NCBI GenBank assembly: GCA_964016885.1
Contig: OZ024746.1
Span: 41,602,001-41,666,000 of the forward strand
Length of the DNA: 64,000 nt
Direction of reading: 5' to 3'
Origin: Eledone cirrhosa
Taxonomy: Eukaryota
Position numbers and translations under genes: made by a program. Below the pieces are notes generated by a model, which was not told the origin of the DNA, ran no database searches, and worked only from the letters and a program-made list of their open reading frames with translations. Of this stretch, positions 51,561 to 64,000 are shown piece after piece (position 1 is the stretch's first letter; each line of letters begins with the position of its first letter).

Positions 51561-51604
51561 CAATTCTTGAAACTGAGATGCAGCCCTTATGTATGTGAAC
51601 ATGC

Positions 51605-51915
51605 ATATCTTTGTGGTTTGAGTATTCAGCTCATGATCATAAGGTTGTGAGTTTGATTCCTGGTGGCACATAGTGTCCTTGAGAAGGCACTTTATTTTAT
51701 GTTGCTCCAGTCCACTCAGCTGATAAAAATGAGTTTTACTTGTAATTCGAAGGGCAAGTCATGTCACATTCTGTGTCATGCTGAATCTCCCTGACAAGTA
51801 TATCAAGAGTGTGTGTGTCTGTGGAGTGTTCAGCCACTTGCACGTTAATTTCCAAAGCAGGCTGTTCCATTGATCATATAAACTATTACACATGTCGTAA
51901 CCAACAAAGTGCCAT
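51605..51915 (+). mobile_element. tRNA-derived SINE family E
   Basis: B box gagtttgattcc, core gtgtccttgag..cactttattt..ttgctccagtccactcagctg; copy at 55265-55575. Confidence 0.8.
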
Positions 51916-52004
51916 TAAATTAATATATGTATGTATATATGAATGTATGTTTGTGTATGTGTCATTGTGTGTGTGTCAAGTATGCGTGTTTATTTGGCTG
52001 TCTT

Positions 52005-52270
52005 AAGCCAGAAGGCTCGTTAGGCTGGTGCTTATCCTGGTTTTATGGTGAAGCAACTGAGAGTACAAGACTTCCCCCTGGACAGGATACCAGTCCACCA
52101 CAGGGTTAAACCCCAAGCTATTGCTGGTACTCATTTTCAGCTGATTATACTGGAGCATCATGAAATGAAGTGTTTTGCTCAAGAACACAACATATCACCC
52201 AGCCCAGGGATCAAACCCACAGCATTATGATTGTAAGTCCAACACCCTTACCACTAGGCCACGTGCCTCC
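52005..52270 (-). mobile_element. tRNA-derived SINE with E-like core and a different tail
   Basis: Minus strand: A box TGGCCTAGTGG, B box GGTTTGATCCC, gtgttcttgagcaaaacacttcatttc. Confidence 0.8.
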
Positions 52271-52754
52271 AACTAATCATACAGATATGATAAATCTTGA
52301 ACTCATTCAATCTAATATATTATGATTTTATTTGAAGGTGAACGCTCTACATTCTCACTGAATCTGCTAGAAACAGCAGCTAAATCAGTCACTATCATCT
52401 TAAGTAGCCATAGAATAATGTAATTCTATATAAACCATTAAAAAGACAGGGTGTGTCTAGAAAATAGCACAATGTATTTGTGTGTAATATATATAAACAA
52501 GAGTTCCCATGAAGTACCAGGATTCCAAACGATGTATCAATGTGGTAGTGATATGAGTCCTTGTGGAAGTATTATTCATTTATCCTTGGCATACTTAAGT
52601 AATCATAAAATAATGTAATTCTAGATATATCCTTAAAAAGACTGGGTGTGTCTGAAAAATAACACAACTGAAGGAATGTGTGTGTGTGTAATAAAATAAA
52701 CATTCTTTAAAATTGTAAATCAGCTCTATGACTGTATGACATTAAAAATTTAAG

Positions 52755-53101
52755 TACAATTGCCCCCCAGTATTTGCATGGATTACGCTCCTAGAGCACC
52801 CATGAAGAGTGAAAAACTGCAAATATTGGACGTGGTCTATAAAAATGCCTATAAACATCAAAACATAACGTAAAATATAGGCTGGCAAATACGGTATATT
52901 GTTATTAATAATTTAACACTAAAAAGCGTAAAAAAATGTATATTGTCACGAAAAAAGCCATAAAGAATTAGTGGAAGATATTTACGATTCCGCGAATCTG
53001 CAGTGGTTTCCATGAACAATTATTAGTTAGATTCTAAGGAAAATTCCATGAATACCCGGGACCAGGAATGCCAGGACTGCGAATAACAGGGGTACATTGT
53101 A
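52755..53101. mobile_element. Tc1/pogo (Tigger-like) MITE
   Basis: TA-caattgccccccagtatttgca ... tgcgaataacaggggtacattg-TA. Confidence 0.65.
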
Positions 53102-53117
53102 TTTACTCTAATATTAA

Positions 53118-53430
53118 GAGGCATCAAATTGACACAGTCATTAAAACATTGGATCGAATGCTTTACAGTACTTGTTCTGGCTCCCTGCACTATAAGTTCA
53201 AATCCTGTTGAATTCAACTTCGCCTTTCATCCTATTGAGGTTGATAAAAAAGATATCAGTCCAGTGCAAAGATTAATTCTTTTCTATATCTTTCTTACTT
53301 CTATATATTTTTTACTTCCTCTCTATCACTATCTCTAGAAGAAATCGGATATTTTCAGGTTTGAAATGCCCAAGAAATGCTGTATATCACTATCGCTTCC
53401 CTACAACTAGGGAAGTAGTTACAGATCCAT
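53118..53430 (+). mobile_element. SINE-A' (alternative tail)
   Basis: agttcaaatcc..cgcctttcatcctattgaggttgataaa and gaagaaatc..aaatgcccaagaaatgctgta. Confidence 0.65.
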
Positions 53431-54878
53431 ATATTCATATTCTAATATATTCATATTCTAATATTGCAAATGTTTCCAATTTTCTGTCCATTAGTGAAGA
53501 TGCTATAAACATTTGAATTAACAAATCTGTTTTTAGATATTTTCAACTAAATTGCCATAAGATTTTAAGAGTTAAAATATTCTTACCAGTACTTTGGGTC
53601 CAGACTACATTTCTTACCAAACTTCTTTGATATCTAAATTTAGATACTGTTTCTAAATGTTAGCTAGTCATTTGCATCAGCTCAGCTACGATCGATCAAG
53701 CAAATCTATGATCAAATATGTTCTAGACATGACCATTCTTTCATTTATATTTCAATCATAGTGTACCTAAGACTGCATTATCTTTTTCCTTTCATAAGAT
53801 AGAAGGGTGTGATTTGTGCAAGATTTGGCTTCTAATTCTAGCAGGTCGAGTGACCATGCAGAAACACTTTCATTGGCTTGTGGCCACACACATTGATATT
53901 AATTCTGAATCCACTTAAGTTGCTGGTCAGCATCTTTGTTTTCTTGGCATTTATTTACATTCTGTATATTGTAGTTGTAGCTGTAGCAGTTTACAAAGTT
54001 GGCGAGTTCTTGTACTTCTCTAGTCCACTTAGTTTTCTAATTTAATAACAACTTATTCCATCACATCACATCACACACACACATGGATGTACATGTGTGT
54101 GTGTGTGTCTGTGTGTTAGATTGTATGTTGCAATGTTTGAATAGAAGTTACACAGTGGTTATTAAATTAGAAGAGTACTTTATCAATGCTTGAAGAGAAT
54201 AAGAACATAATATAGAGTAAAAAATATTAAAAAACAACACACACACACAGAGACACACACTCACAAGAATGAATGAAGTATAGGTTCCATAGATTTGTGC
54301 GAAAGAAATCTAATTTTTATGTCATATATTTTGTGTTGATGGTATTTTTCAGAATACCTTATTGCATGTTTTTCATGCAGATGAGTTTTCACCAGAGAGA
54401 AGAATGAATAAGTAAATAGAAACTTATTTCATCTTAGATTTTCTCTTCTGCTTGCTATGCTTCTTTTACTGTATCCTTATCTACCTCTTTCTATTTCTAT
54501 TTCTGTCTGTCTCACTGTCTCTCACTCTATATATATATTTGACTTCACAAAACTTTCTATGCAGTTGGCTGTTTGGGAGTACTTTTGGGAATATGTTTTA
54601 GTGCCACACCTCCAAGAAAAAGGCCATAGTTTCGAAAAGCAGTGAGTGATAGATTTCATGGGTGATTTATTTCCAATTCCACAGAGTATTTTCATAATAA
54701 ACACATTCTTTTTCAAGTTCTGCTAACCAGAATTGATTTAGCTTCTACTGCTTCAATAATTTAGTGGCTCTGTTCTTCCAAGAAGGGGTTCATTTCACTT
54801 ATAAAAGGAATATAACTTTTATTGATATTTACTTTGATTGATATATGAGCATATAATAACACCAGTACAGACAATGCT

Positions 54879-54916
<38 letters not shown>

Positions 54917-54920
<4 letters not shown>

Positions 54921-54923
54921 GTA

Positions 54924-54959
<36 letters not shown>

Positions 54960-54980
54960 GCTTTATGTAAATGTGGGGTG

Positions 54981-55020
<40 letters not shown>

Positions 55021-55039
55021 CACCCCACATTTACATAAA

Positions 55040-55089
<50 letters not shown>

Positions 55090-55096
55090 TACATAT
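54917..55096. repeat. Fold-back palindrome centred on (TA)n
   Basis: gtagtgtgtg(ta)n-tgctttatgtaaatgtggggtgtatg-(ta)n-catacaccccacatttacataaagca-(ta)n cacacactac. Confidence 0.95.
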
Positions 55097-55264
55097 CAAT
55101 AATGCATACATATGGATATATATGTGTGTGTGGTACACACACAGACACATATATGTACCACACACACTCATAAATTGGAAATAAGTTCACATACGTACAT
55201 TTGATAAACATATATTGAGTCTCACTGTCATTAAACAATTAAACCCGCTCTGCCTGGATCAACT

Positions 55265-55575
55265 CCAGGACAGCATGTGGTTAAGTGTTTCGGGGGTTTG
55301 GCTCATGATTGTAAGGTTGTCAGTTCAATTCTTGGCTGTATGTTGTGTCCTTGAGAAAGATACTTTATTTAACATTGCTCCAGTCTACTCAGCTGCCAAA
55401 ATTGTGATATATCTGTAATTCAAAGGGCCAGCCTTGTCAGACCCAGTGTCACACTGAAATTCCCTGAGAATTACGTGAAGGGCACACATATCTGTGAAAT
55501 GCTCAGCCACTTGTTTGCTATTTTCATGAGCAGGCTGTTCCATTGATCTAATCAACTGGAACACTTGCTGTCAGA
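55265..55575 (+). mobile_element. tRNA-derived SINE family E
   Basis: Colinear with 51605-51915. Confidence 0.8.
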
Positions 55576-56014
55576 GGTTCAACACATATTTACCGACATT
55601 GAGAGGGGAAAACTAATTTTATTAAAAGAAAGACATTTTTAACAGTTTCTTTTTAAATAAAGTGACAATGCTTACTCAATATAAAATTCACTTGAGTGAA
55701 TTAAAGATCCCAGATGAATATGAGACTCAGTGGTGGTAAGAAAACTCAGATAAATGTGTACATTGAATGGGTTTATAAGGCAAAAGATGATGTCATCTTA
55801 TTCAGAACAGCATATATGGAGATGGTCAAAACCAGTGGTAATAAAACATTGCCAAATAAATGCTTTTTTTACACACTAATAACAGAATTGAAATTGATGA
55901 GTGCATAGATCAATGGGAACACAAGCACACTGGCATTGATCTCAAATCTACTTAGGTGTTTAGTTGTGTATTTGAACCTTATGTTCAATTGTAAGTACCG
56001 TAGTTTTTTATGTA

Positions 56015-56407
56015 CCAAAATGTTCACATGCTCGCAAATACAAGCAGCCGAAATGGGATTCCTCCAAAGGGTCTTTGGAGTAACGTTACTCAATAAAGTT
56101 TGGAGCTCAGAAATCAGAGAGTCACTTCAAGTAGAGCTGTTACTTCTCCGAATTGAGAGATTATAACTCCAATACTATGGGCATGTGGTTAGAATGTCTC
56201 AGGAAAGAGCTAAACCAACCTGCAAGAGACCCAGGGGTTGACCCCAAGCAAAATAGTTGGATAACATCTATGAGCTTGGCTGGTCATGCTTGGAGATCCA
56301 GCCAGATTAGTTGGAGACAGTTGCTTCTGACAGGACCTGCTGGAATGAGTGTTTGAGGACTCTGCCCCCATAACACTCTCAGGAATAAGTGGGTGAAGAA
56401 GAAGAAG
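56015..56407 (+). mobile_element. RTE LINE 3' fragment (second subfamily, GAA tail)
   Basis: QIQAAEMGFLQRVFGVTLLNKVWSSEIRESLQVE.LLLRIER..YYGHVVRM. Confidence 0.85.
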
Positions 56408-56702
56408 GGATTCGTACCATAAACAGGAAGCAAGTTAATTTACATCCAGTTCACATTAAAAACCCAATTAAACTTAATCTAAGGATTTGCCCTTAAAACA
56501 CAGACACTTAGAACGAAGGAGATATTTACACATCAATATTAAATTTATATTTATCAGACTGGTGACGTTTTAATGCAGTTTAGAATGTAGGAGAAGGTAG
56601 GTGTACAATTATAAATGCGTGAATATTCTTTGATATCATCTTACAATTGTCACTTGTATGTTACACATCAGGTGTATGATACTTAACCTGTATGATACTA
56701 AC

Positions 56703-56868
56703 CATGGTCTATGAGAGTGGGGTCCAGCTGGTACTTTGTTCCGGAATCCAAGAGCTAAGACGGCCTCACAGCAACCATGCAACATCCATTTTGAGAAAAA
56801 AATATTTGCCTGCATCAGGCCCCCAAAAGGGTCTTTTACTGCCTTGCAAAATTTCTCTTGGAGGCCCT
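56703..56868. mobile_element. Possible degenerate hAT-type MITE
   Basis: Ends ..ggaggccctg; flanks tactaac / tacttaac resemble an 8-bp TSD. Confidence 0.35.
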
Positions 56869-58244
56869 GTACTTAACTTACAATCATTGTAAATCTTTAT
56901 TCTTTAGTTTTCAATCTTCAGCATTCATTAGTTATGGTTGGTATCTAGTAAGCTTCAGTTTTATTATGAAAACATTTGAGTATTTGTAGTTGAGGGGATA
57001 ATAGGATGATTACCTAAATATAACATTGAAACAACTCATGTCCCACTTTACTAACTAAACAGGTAAGTTGAGAAAATGGACTTTGCAGTAGAACACCACT
57101 AGAGTGACAGTTGGCATGTATATTTATGGTTTACAGTTTTCAGATTGAATCCTCTCAAATGAGAAGAAAATATTGGCACCTCACATAATCTACCTTTTGT
57201 ATAGAGTGAATACCTTTTGTCTTCAGGAAATGCAGTAGTTTTCTAAATATCTTGCAACCACTTTAAACTCTTGACACTATATTAATACTGGCTCTATTCC
57301 CATTGGTGATTAGGTTACACAGGTTCATGTTTTCATTCAGAGATGTTGGCAGAGATAACTTTACTGATATTCTCCTTATTTCATTTATTCTCCACCTTAA
57401 TACTCATACATTTTTTCTTCTTATTTTCTTATTGATTTGTGTTGTGCCACTAATTGTATAAACTGGTTCAACTCTGTGTATACTTTAGCAGTTGGCAATG
57501 ATCATTGGATTTACACCCTTACCGTTTTCTACATACTATGTATGTATACAAACATACACACATATTACATTCATACATGCATATATTGATACGTACAAAC
57601 ATGTGTACATACCTACGTACATACATAAATACACATATGTGTACACATCATATACACACACATACCTACCTACATACATACATATATACATACATACAAA
57701 CACCCAAATAATGATGCAAGAAATAGAATTCAAAATGTGGACAACTGTAGACAGATGAATAATAACCTATCTAGAGCTTATACTGCAGGGATATTCCCAT
57801 CATCAATTGTTGTCAGATCCCAATCATTTTGGCAACTTTAGTGCCAAGATGATAAAGTGGCATACATAATGCCTTTTAGTATTTTGGTTGTGTTTGTTTA
57901 TATTCTGAGTTCCAAACCTTCCAGGCAGACAGTTTCTTTGATCTCTTTTAACAATTATATTCAAGTGTTGATTCAAATAACTCAATCTTATTGCTATTGT
58001 TGTTGTTAGAGCTCACACCTGCAGTGATTTAGCTAGCTTTCCATAAGCTTGCATCTCATAAGAAGTTTTCTTGGGTGTATTAAAAATAGGGCACTCCAGT
58101 CCTGTCATAACGCCATTTTCCCTGAGATAGAAGGTGGGAGTTGAACTTAGGATACACAGAACTCCCCCCCCCCCCCAAGAAAAAATAAAACCCCCCAAAA
58201 ACCACAAGATATCTGATTCTTAAACAATTCCACCAATCCACTCT

Positions 58245-58395
58245 CCTGGTCTGATACATTATTTATTGATCCCGAAAGGACAAAAGGCTAAGTTGACTTC
58301 AGTGGGATTTGAAATCAGAGCACCAAGAGATGGAACAAATACTGCAAGGTATTGAATCTGATGCTCTAAAAACTCTACCAATTCCTTGCCTTAAA
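58245..58395 (-). mobile_element. Degenerate SINE-A head and core
   Basis: tttattgatcccgaaagga..aagttgacttcagtgggatttgaa. Confidence 0.65.
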
Positions 58396-58679
58396 CAATT
58401 CAATGCAATGACCTTAAGCCAAAATAGAAAAAATAAAATCAATAATTTATTTAATTCAATTCATTTTATAGACCTTGTATACAATGAAAAGTATTTTGTA
58501 GTCTCAGTTGCAAGAACTACAAAACTGAAATATGTACACTGACAACAATTCAAGACAAACTTGTTATGGGCACATTGAGTGGGTTGTCATCAACTGTCAA
58601 CTACCTGATGGTAAGTGGGCAAGAAAGGAAGAACCCTTGTGATACAAGTTAATTCCAGCGGAAAAGATTAATACACACC

Positions 58680-58900
58680 AGTGGATTGGCATAGTGTCGG
58701 TAGAGTGTCAGACTCCATGCTTTGCAGCATAGAATTATGGCTCTTTATGTTCTGAGTTCAAATCACACTGAGGTTAGCTTTGCCTTTCATCCTTAAGGCG
58801 ACGATAAAATAAAGCACCAGTAATGCACTGGGGGTCAATTTAATTGACGACCCCCCCCCCCAAAAAAAAAATTGCTGGCCTTGTGCCTATAGCAGAAATC
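58680..58900 (+). mobile_element. SINE-A
   Basis: gtggattggca..gagttcaaatc..gcctttcatcct..gctggccttgtgcc..agaaatc|attat. Confidence 0.9.
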
Positions 58901-58967
58901 ATTATTTATAGTTAAAATCCTTTGGATGCACGCAGTTCAAGTATATATATATATGTATATATATATA

Positions 58968-59103
58968 TGGTACGTTATTCCGGGTTGAATCGGAGGTAAC
59001 CACAGTAAGTAAGGTACTCAATACATTGCAGAGTATAAAAGTTTTAATATAGATGAGATTCTACAGGACTAGAACTGTTTCATTCTTTAGAAATCAGCAG
59101 GAA
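58968..59103 (-). mobile_element. Possible Penelope-like pLTR in (TA)n
   Basis: Minus strand CTGCTGA-tttctaaagaat-GAAAC-agttcta-GTC and gtattgagtac motif as in family F; TA repeats on both sides. Confidence 0.4.
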
Positions 59104-59471
59104 TATATATATATATATTGGTAAAAGGAAAAGAAAATGCTGACAAATTGTTCCCAGTGAAAAATAGTTTAATTAGGAATAAGTAAAAATTAGTAATAGT
59201 ATTGGTTAGTATTCAGTTTTGGTTTTAAGTTTTACCGGTTGCGCATTTCTAATGCTTTACAAAAATAATTTTGAGATAGAGGGCCTGTGATGTTTGCTCT
59301 AATCTCTCTCTCTCTCTTTATATATATATATATAAATGTAAATGTAACATTACCAGCCAATATACAGTTCAGTATGAACAATGCATGGGATGGCCAGACT
59401 TGGCTTGTTTAACCTATGCAAGCATGGAAAAATAGACGTTAAACAATGATGATGATGATGATGATATATAT

Positions 59472-60020
59472 ATACAAGTTATGTATTAATATATATGATA
59501 AACACAAAACGTGTTTGTATTGTAACAGACAAAGTTAGCTAGCTTGGCTAGTTTGGCTGGCTACACGACGTGTAATCAGACCTGCAAAATTTTTGAAGGT
59601 GGAATGTACTAATTTTACTGGATTCCTGTTGATAAGCACAGAAGATTTGGATATTTCACTTTTTATTTCTATTCCATTTCGATTCTCTTTATTTTTCAAT
59701 TCATGTACCATCGTTGCGAAACATATTTGGGTTTCGAAGTTCAAATTCATCTACGGAGCGGGTTTGGATTTTGAAATTTAAATTTGTCCAGGAATCACGG
59801 CTTTTGCCAATATAAGCTTGTCTTTATTGACTTATATCGAGACAGACAAATTGTATTCACTTTAATTAGTTTATTTCATTGCTAGCTAACTTTGTCTGTT
59901 ACAATACAAACACGTTTTGTGTTTATCATATATATTAATATATAACTTGTATTTCACTGCTCAGAAATGCCTCTTTCTTTGAGCTGATTAATTGTAAACG
60001 ACTAAGAGTTTAATCTCTAA
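59472..60020. mobile_element. Penelope-like element: GIY-YIG remnant (minus, 59545-59880) between 72-bp inverted repeats
   Basis: Arms 59472-59543 and 59881-59952 with 1 mismatch; AYIGKS..FK and FATMVHELKNK..IEIKSEI resemble the PLE endonuclease. Confidence 0.55.
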
Positions 60021-61240
60021 ATATAATATAGTATATTTATATATATATGTATTTATTTATTTATGCATATGAGTGTGTATATGTATCAGTGATGGATGGC
60101 AGATTGATGCATTGAATAACAATATTCTGTCCTTTCTCATTTATGTCCCATTTTACTAGGTCGATTTTGTCATACTACTATATGAGATCTGTAAAATAAG
60201 ACTAGATAAAATATTTTGTGTTGATATAATCAATAATCAAGTAAAACCCCTTGAAAATGGTGCCCCAGCATACCTGCAGTCTGATAACTGAAACTAGCAA
60301 AAGGATTAAATAAAAGAATAGACATAAACAAAAAGTTTGCTAAAGAATAATACGATTGGCTCCAATTATGGTGGGGTCTGCATAGTTCTCACAAAGATCA
60401 AGTTCATAAAAAGATATAAAAGTAAAAAGTAAATAAAGCAAAAGATTTCTACTTATTTTGTAAATGCTTGTGAAAAGAATTTCTAGAACATCTATTTTCA
60501 ATGGTTTGTTGGTTAAACATTATTGTCTTCACCCTACTTTTCTTGTTTCTTTGTATAAAGAAACAATGTCCTTGAAATGATTACTAGGTATTTATAAAGC
60601 TAAGAAAACTACTTCCACCTTCTTGCCAATAGAGCTGAACAAGAAGATAAATTTGTATATCTGATCTATAGTTGTCAATTGGGTTAATGTGTTAGGTAAA
60701 TTTTCTGAATCCCTAGTCAGAGGATTTCAGGAAATGATCAAGTTTGTCAAGTAGCCCCTTTAATAAAAACATGCTATCAACATGAAAGTGTAGGAAAAAC
60801 TAGAGAAAAGAGAAGAGAGAAAAGTGAAAGAAGAGAAAATGGTTGAAAGAGGAGGGAGAAAGAGAAAGACTGAGTATTTTTAAAAAGTGAGTGAAAACTG
60901 AATAAAAAGAAAGTAAAAAGCTGGAAGAAAAAAACTACATGCTTTGTGGTATATTTTTCCATTACATACAATGTGTATCTAATCTATCATGACAGAAGAG
61001 GGATCCAATTCTAAATTCCAAAGCTACCATACAATTCTAGCTTGTCGACCATTTTTAAAAAACAACTTTCAGCCCTTACAGAAACACATACCAATGCAAT
61101 TATAAGTAAGTAGAACTACTTGCCCAATGTATGTAAATATGTGTGTTCATGCATGTATATGTCTGTGAGTACATGATGTACAAAGTAACATTGAGATTAT
61201 TATCATCATCGTTGCTGTCATCATCTTCATTAACTTTACA

Positions 61241-61527
61241 AGGGTGGTGGATTGGCAGTATCAGTAGAGCATCAGACAAAATGCTTCGCAGTATTCAGAC
61301 TTACTACATCCTTAGTTCAAATTCCTACCAAGGTCAACTTTTTTTCCTATCCTTCCAATTCATATAATCCTTAAAAATTGTGGTCTTATACCTAAATTAG
61401 AAACCATTATATAAACACACACAAATCCCGCCGAGGTTAACTTTGCCTTTCATCCTTACGGGGTTGATAAAATAAAGTACCAGTAATGTACTGGGTAATT
61501 GCTGGCCTTGTGCCAATAGTAGAAACA
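61241..61527 (+). mobile_element. Old SINE-A (61241-61405) followed by a 5'-truncated young SINE-A (61423-61527)
   Basis: 17-bp TSD attatataaacacacac at 61406-61422 and 61528-61544. Confidence 0.85.
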
Positions 61528-62099
61528 ATTATATAAACACACACATATATGTGTGTGTGTGTATCCAAAACAGGGCGTTGCACAAGACAAAGACAATGGG
61601 AAAACAACAGACAGCCGCTTCTCCCCAGTTAACCTCTGGAAGTTACTATAGTTTAATTGCATCATGGTTGATGTTATTTATTCCCATGCACCTTGGAATA
61701 CAACAAAAGAGATAGACACAGAATGAGCTCTGCTTTTCAGCAAATTAAAAATATAGCTGCAAAAAAACAAACAAAAAAAACATGCTACAAACTAAAGTGC
61801 ATCAACTATTATTTATAACAAGTGACTGTTGTTACAGGTATTTTCTGCATCTGGGGTCTTCACAATTTTAAATATATATACATTATATATATATTTAAAA
61901 TAGAATTATAAGCTTTTGCCATATTTTGACTACAGACAATAGTCAAATCACAGGGCATATAAGCCCTCATAAATGGTATTGCTATGTGTAGGAATGAGAA
62001 CCAAACATCTTATTGTCTAAATCAGCTAACACATTTATTTGGACAATAAGTGATGTGGGTTCTATTCCCATGCATATTGATACCCATTTGGTTTTCACT

Positions 62100-62681
62100 A
62101 TGGGGCAACTGTGATTGTTCTGGGAGTCCTGAGTAATGAGGAAGTTGACATGCCTCCTTACCTCTTTCCTCGGAGCTTAAGGGTCAATGATGCTGACTAT
62201 AAAGGGCTTGAAGCCTTCAATAGAGAGTATAAGCAAAGGAAGACTGTACACCTACCAATAAGATTCTACTCCATCTCATAAGGCCAAGATAATCCAAGAA
62301 TGGACGAGTTACTATCTCCCCAATCAGATTACACCAAACATATAGCCTCTTAGGTCTTTAGGCCTGGCTCTGTTGAACATATGAGGCATAGTTGAGAGGG
62401 AAGTCAAACAATACCTCCAAAACACTATAAAATCTCTTTAACCCACCAAAACTAGCACAATGTCTAAAATAGATAAAGATCATTTGATTCTGGCAGGTCA
62501 ACGTTTCAGACCTCATATTGAATCAGTCATCAATGTTACTGTGGAGTCATTGAGTAGATGTATCAAGAAGAATCTCAAGATTATTTATGTCAATTCTTTT
62601 TCAAATAAAGCTCTTCATTCTTGACTTATGCATCTTTTACTAAATTCATGCAAATTTACTCAAAGAACTGAGCAACCCTAT
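62100..62681 (+). pseudogene. Tc1/mariner (maT-like) transposase remnant with right terminus
   Basis: ATVIVLGV.SNE...MPPYLFP..LRVN, YQ*DSTPSHKAK.IQEW, GIVEREV, QRFRPHIESVI; end ..gagcaaccctaTA. Confidence 0.75.
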
Positions 62682-63559
62682 ATATATATATGTGTGTGTG
62701 TAGAGAGAGAGAAAGAGAGAGGGAGAGGGGGATGAAGGAAGTAGAAAGGAAGAAAGATACAAAGAGAGAGAGAGAGAGAGGGAGAGAGAAAGAAAGAGGG
62801 GGAGAGAAAAGAGAGAGGAAATATTTTACGTTGTATGAAATCAGAAGTTTTAAAATATTTTTTTTACTGTATTGATTCATTTCAGGTTTTACAAGAGTAC
62901 AAATGGAAATCGTTTGTACAGCTCTTATGCCAAGTTAATCTTTATCAAAATATTTATTTATATTCATTTATTTTTCTTCAATCAGTAATTGATACTGGTC
63001 TGACCACAATTGCTCAGTAGCACTGGAATTCAGGAAGAGATCACAGTTCTGTCATGACAGATTAAATACATTCTGTAATTGAAGAAAATTTCTGAGTTGA
63101 TATTTTTTGTTTTTGTTTCTTTCTTCGTTTTTCTCTTAATTCTTTTATTTTTAATATTATTTTTATTTTTTATTTTTATTTTATTTATTTTTTATTCTTT
63201 TTTTTCATTTCTGTTGTAATGCTATATCATTGGTTTTTAGAGACGAAGATTTTCAACAAACAATCATTTCCTGGAATTTCTGAGTGTGTGTAAAAATATT
63301 TATATAATATGTGAAAACTATTAATAATTGTGTAGTTCAGGTACATATAATTTAAGCAATGACATGGTCTATGACAACTCTGTCCAACCCTTGCTAACAG
63401 AGGAAATGGGTGTTAAATGAGGTTGTTGATGATTTGAATATATCAACATATACAGAACTATGTGTGTGAGTCCTGGTGCCCACTGAGAGGCTAGTTTTGA
63501 AATGACTCCTTAAATATATGGTGGTGGTCATAACCCTGGAACCTGATGATATATATATC

Positions 63560-64000
63560 ATCACCATCATCTTCATGATGCATTTGTCTCATGCTTGCAA
63601 GGTACAGATCTCTTGTACAATACCTTGCCATTTGTTGTGGTCTTTTGTCATGTCTTTCATCAGTTAGAGCCTCATGGGATCATCTTTAATTCTTTGTTTC
63701 CCATATCTTCCTTAGTTTTCCTCTGTGGGTTCCTTCTACTTGGATTACTTGACACTTCCTCCTTATCATTCCTCCATACACATAATCATCATTCCTCCAT
63801 ACACATAAATATCATTCCTCCATACACATTACATGTCACTCCAGTTCAATCTTCTCATTGATTACTCTTATACCCAAATTTTCTTTCAGCTCATCCGTGC
63901 TTCATCATGCATGCCAACATCATATATTCAACAGACTGTGTTAACTTCATTTCTTTCCAGCCTTCACACAACTCCCCCATTTAATGCCTGTTTTTTCACT
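63560..64000 (-). mobile_element. Degenerate RTE 3' fragment
   Basis: Minus strand gagaagattgaactggagtgacatgta (RRL.W.GHV-like) and gaggaaaactaaggaagatatggg (GRPRKTW-like). Confidence 0.55.

Overview
AT-rich, microsatellite-dense eukaryotic DNA with no long ORF, and no rRNA, tRNA gene or CRISPR array that I can support. The repeat repertoire looks like intronic or intergenic DNA of an octopus or other cephalopod; this is inferred from pattern recognition, not a database search. Most of the window is mobile-element debris: many tRNA-derived SINEs, RTE, CR1, R4/Dong, CRE and Tx1/L1 LINE fragments, piggyBac-, hAT- and Tc1/pogo-type MITEs, mariner and Tc1 transposase remnants, and a non-autonomous Helitron. 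The most distinctive signal is a set of short Penelope-like pseudo-LTR units. Several sit in (TA)n microsatellites, have inverted 5' segments and carry hammerhead-ribozyme motifs. They include a 360-bp tandem pair with a hammerhead motif in each unit, inside a 1-kb cluster at 36053-37113. Also notable are a SINE family whose target-site duplications share an ATTAT-like start, several fold-back palindromes, a textbook RFX X-box, and a few weak exon or micro-exon candidates. No host gene can be named. Ends of degenerate elements are approximate.
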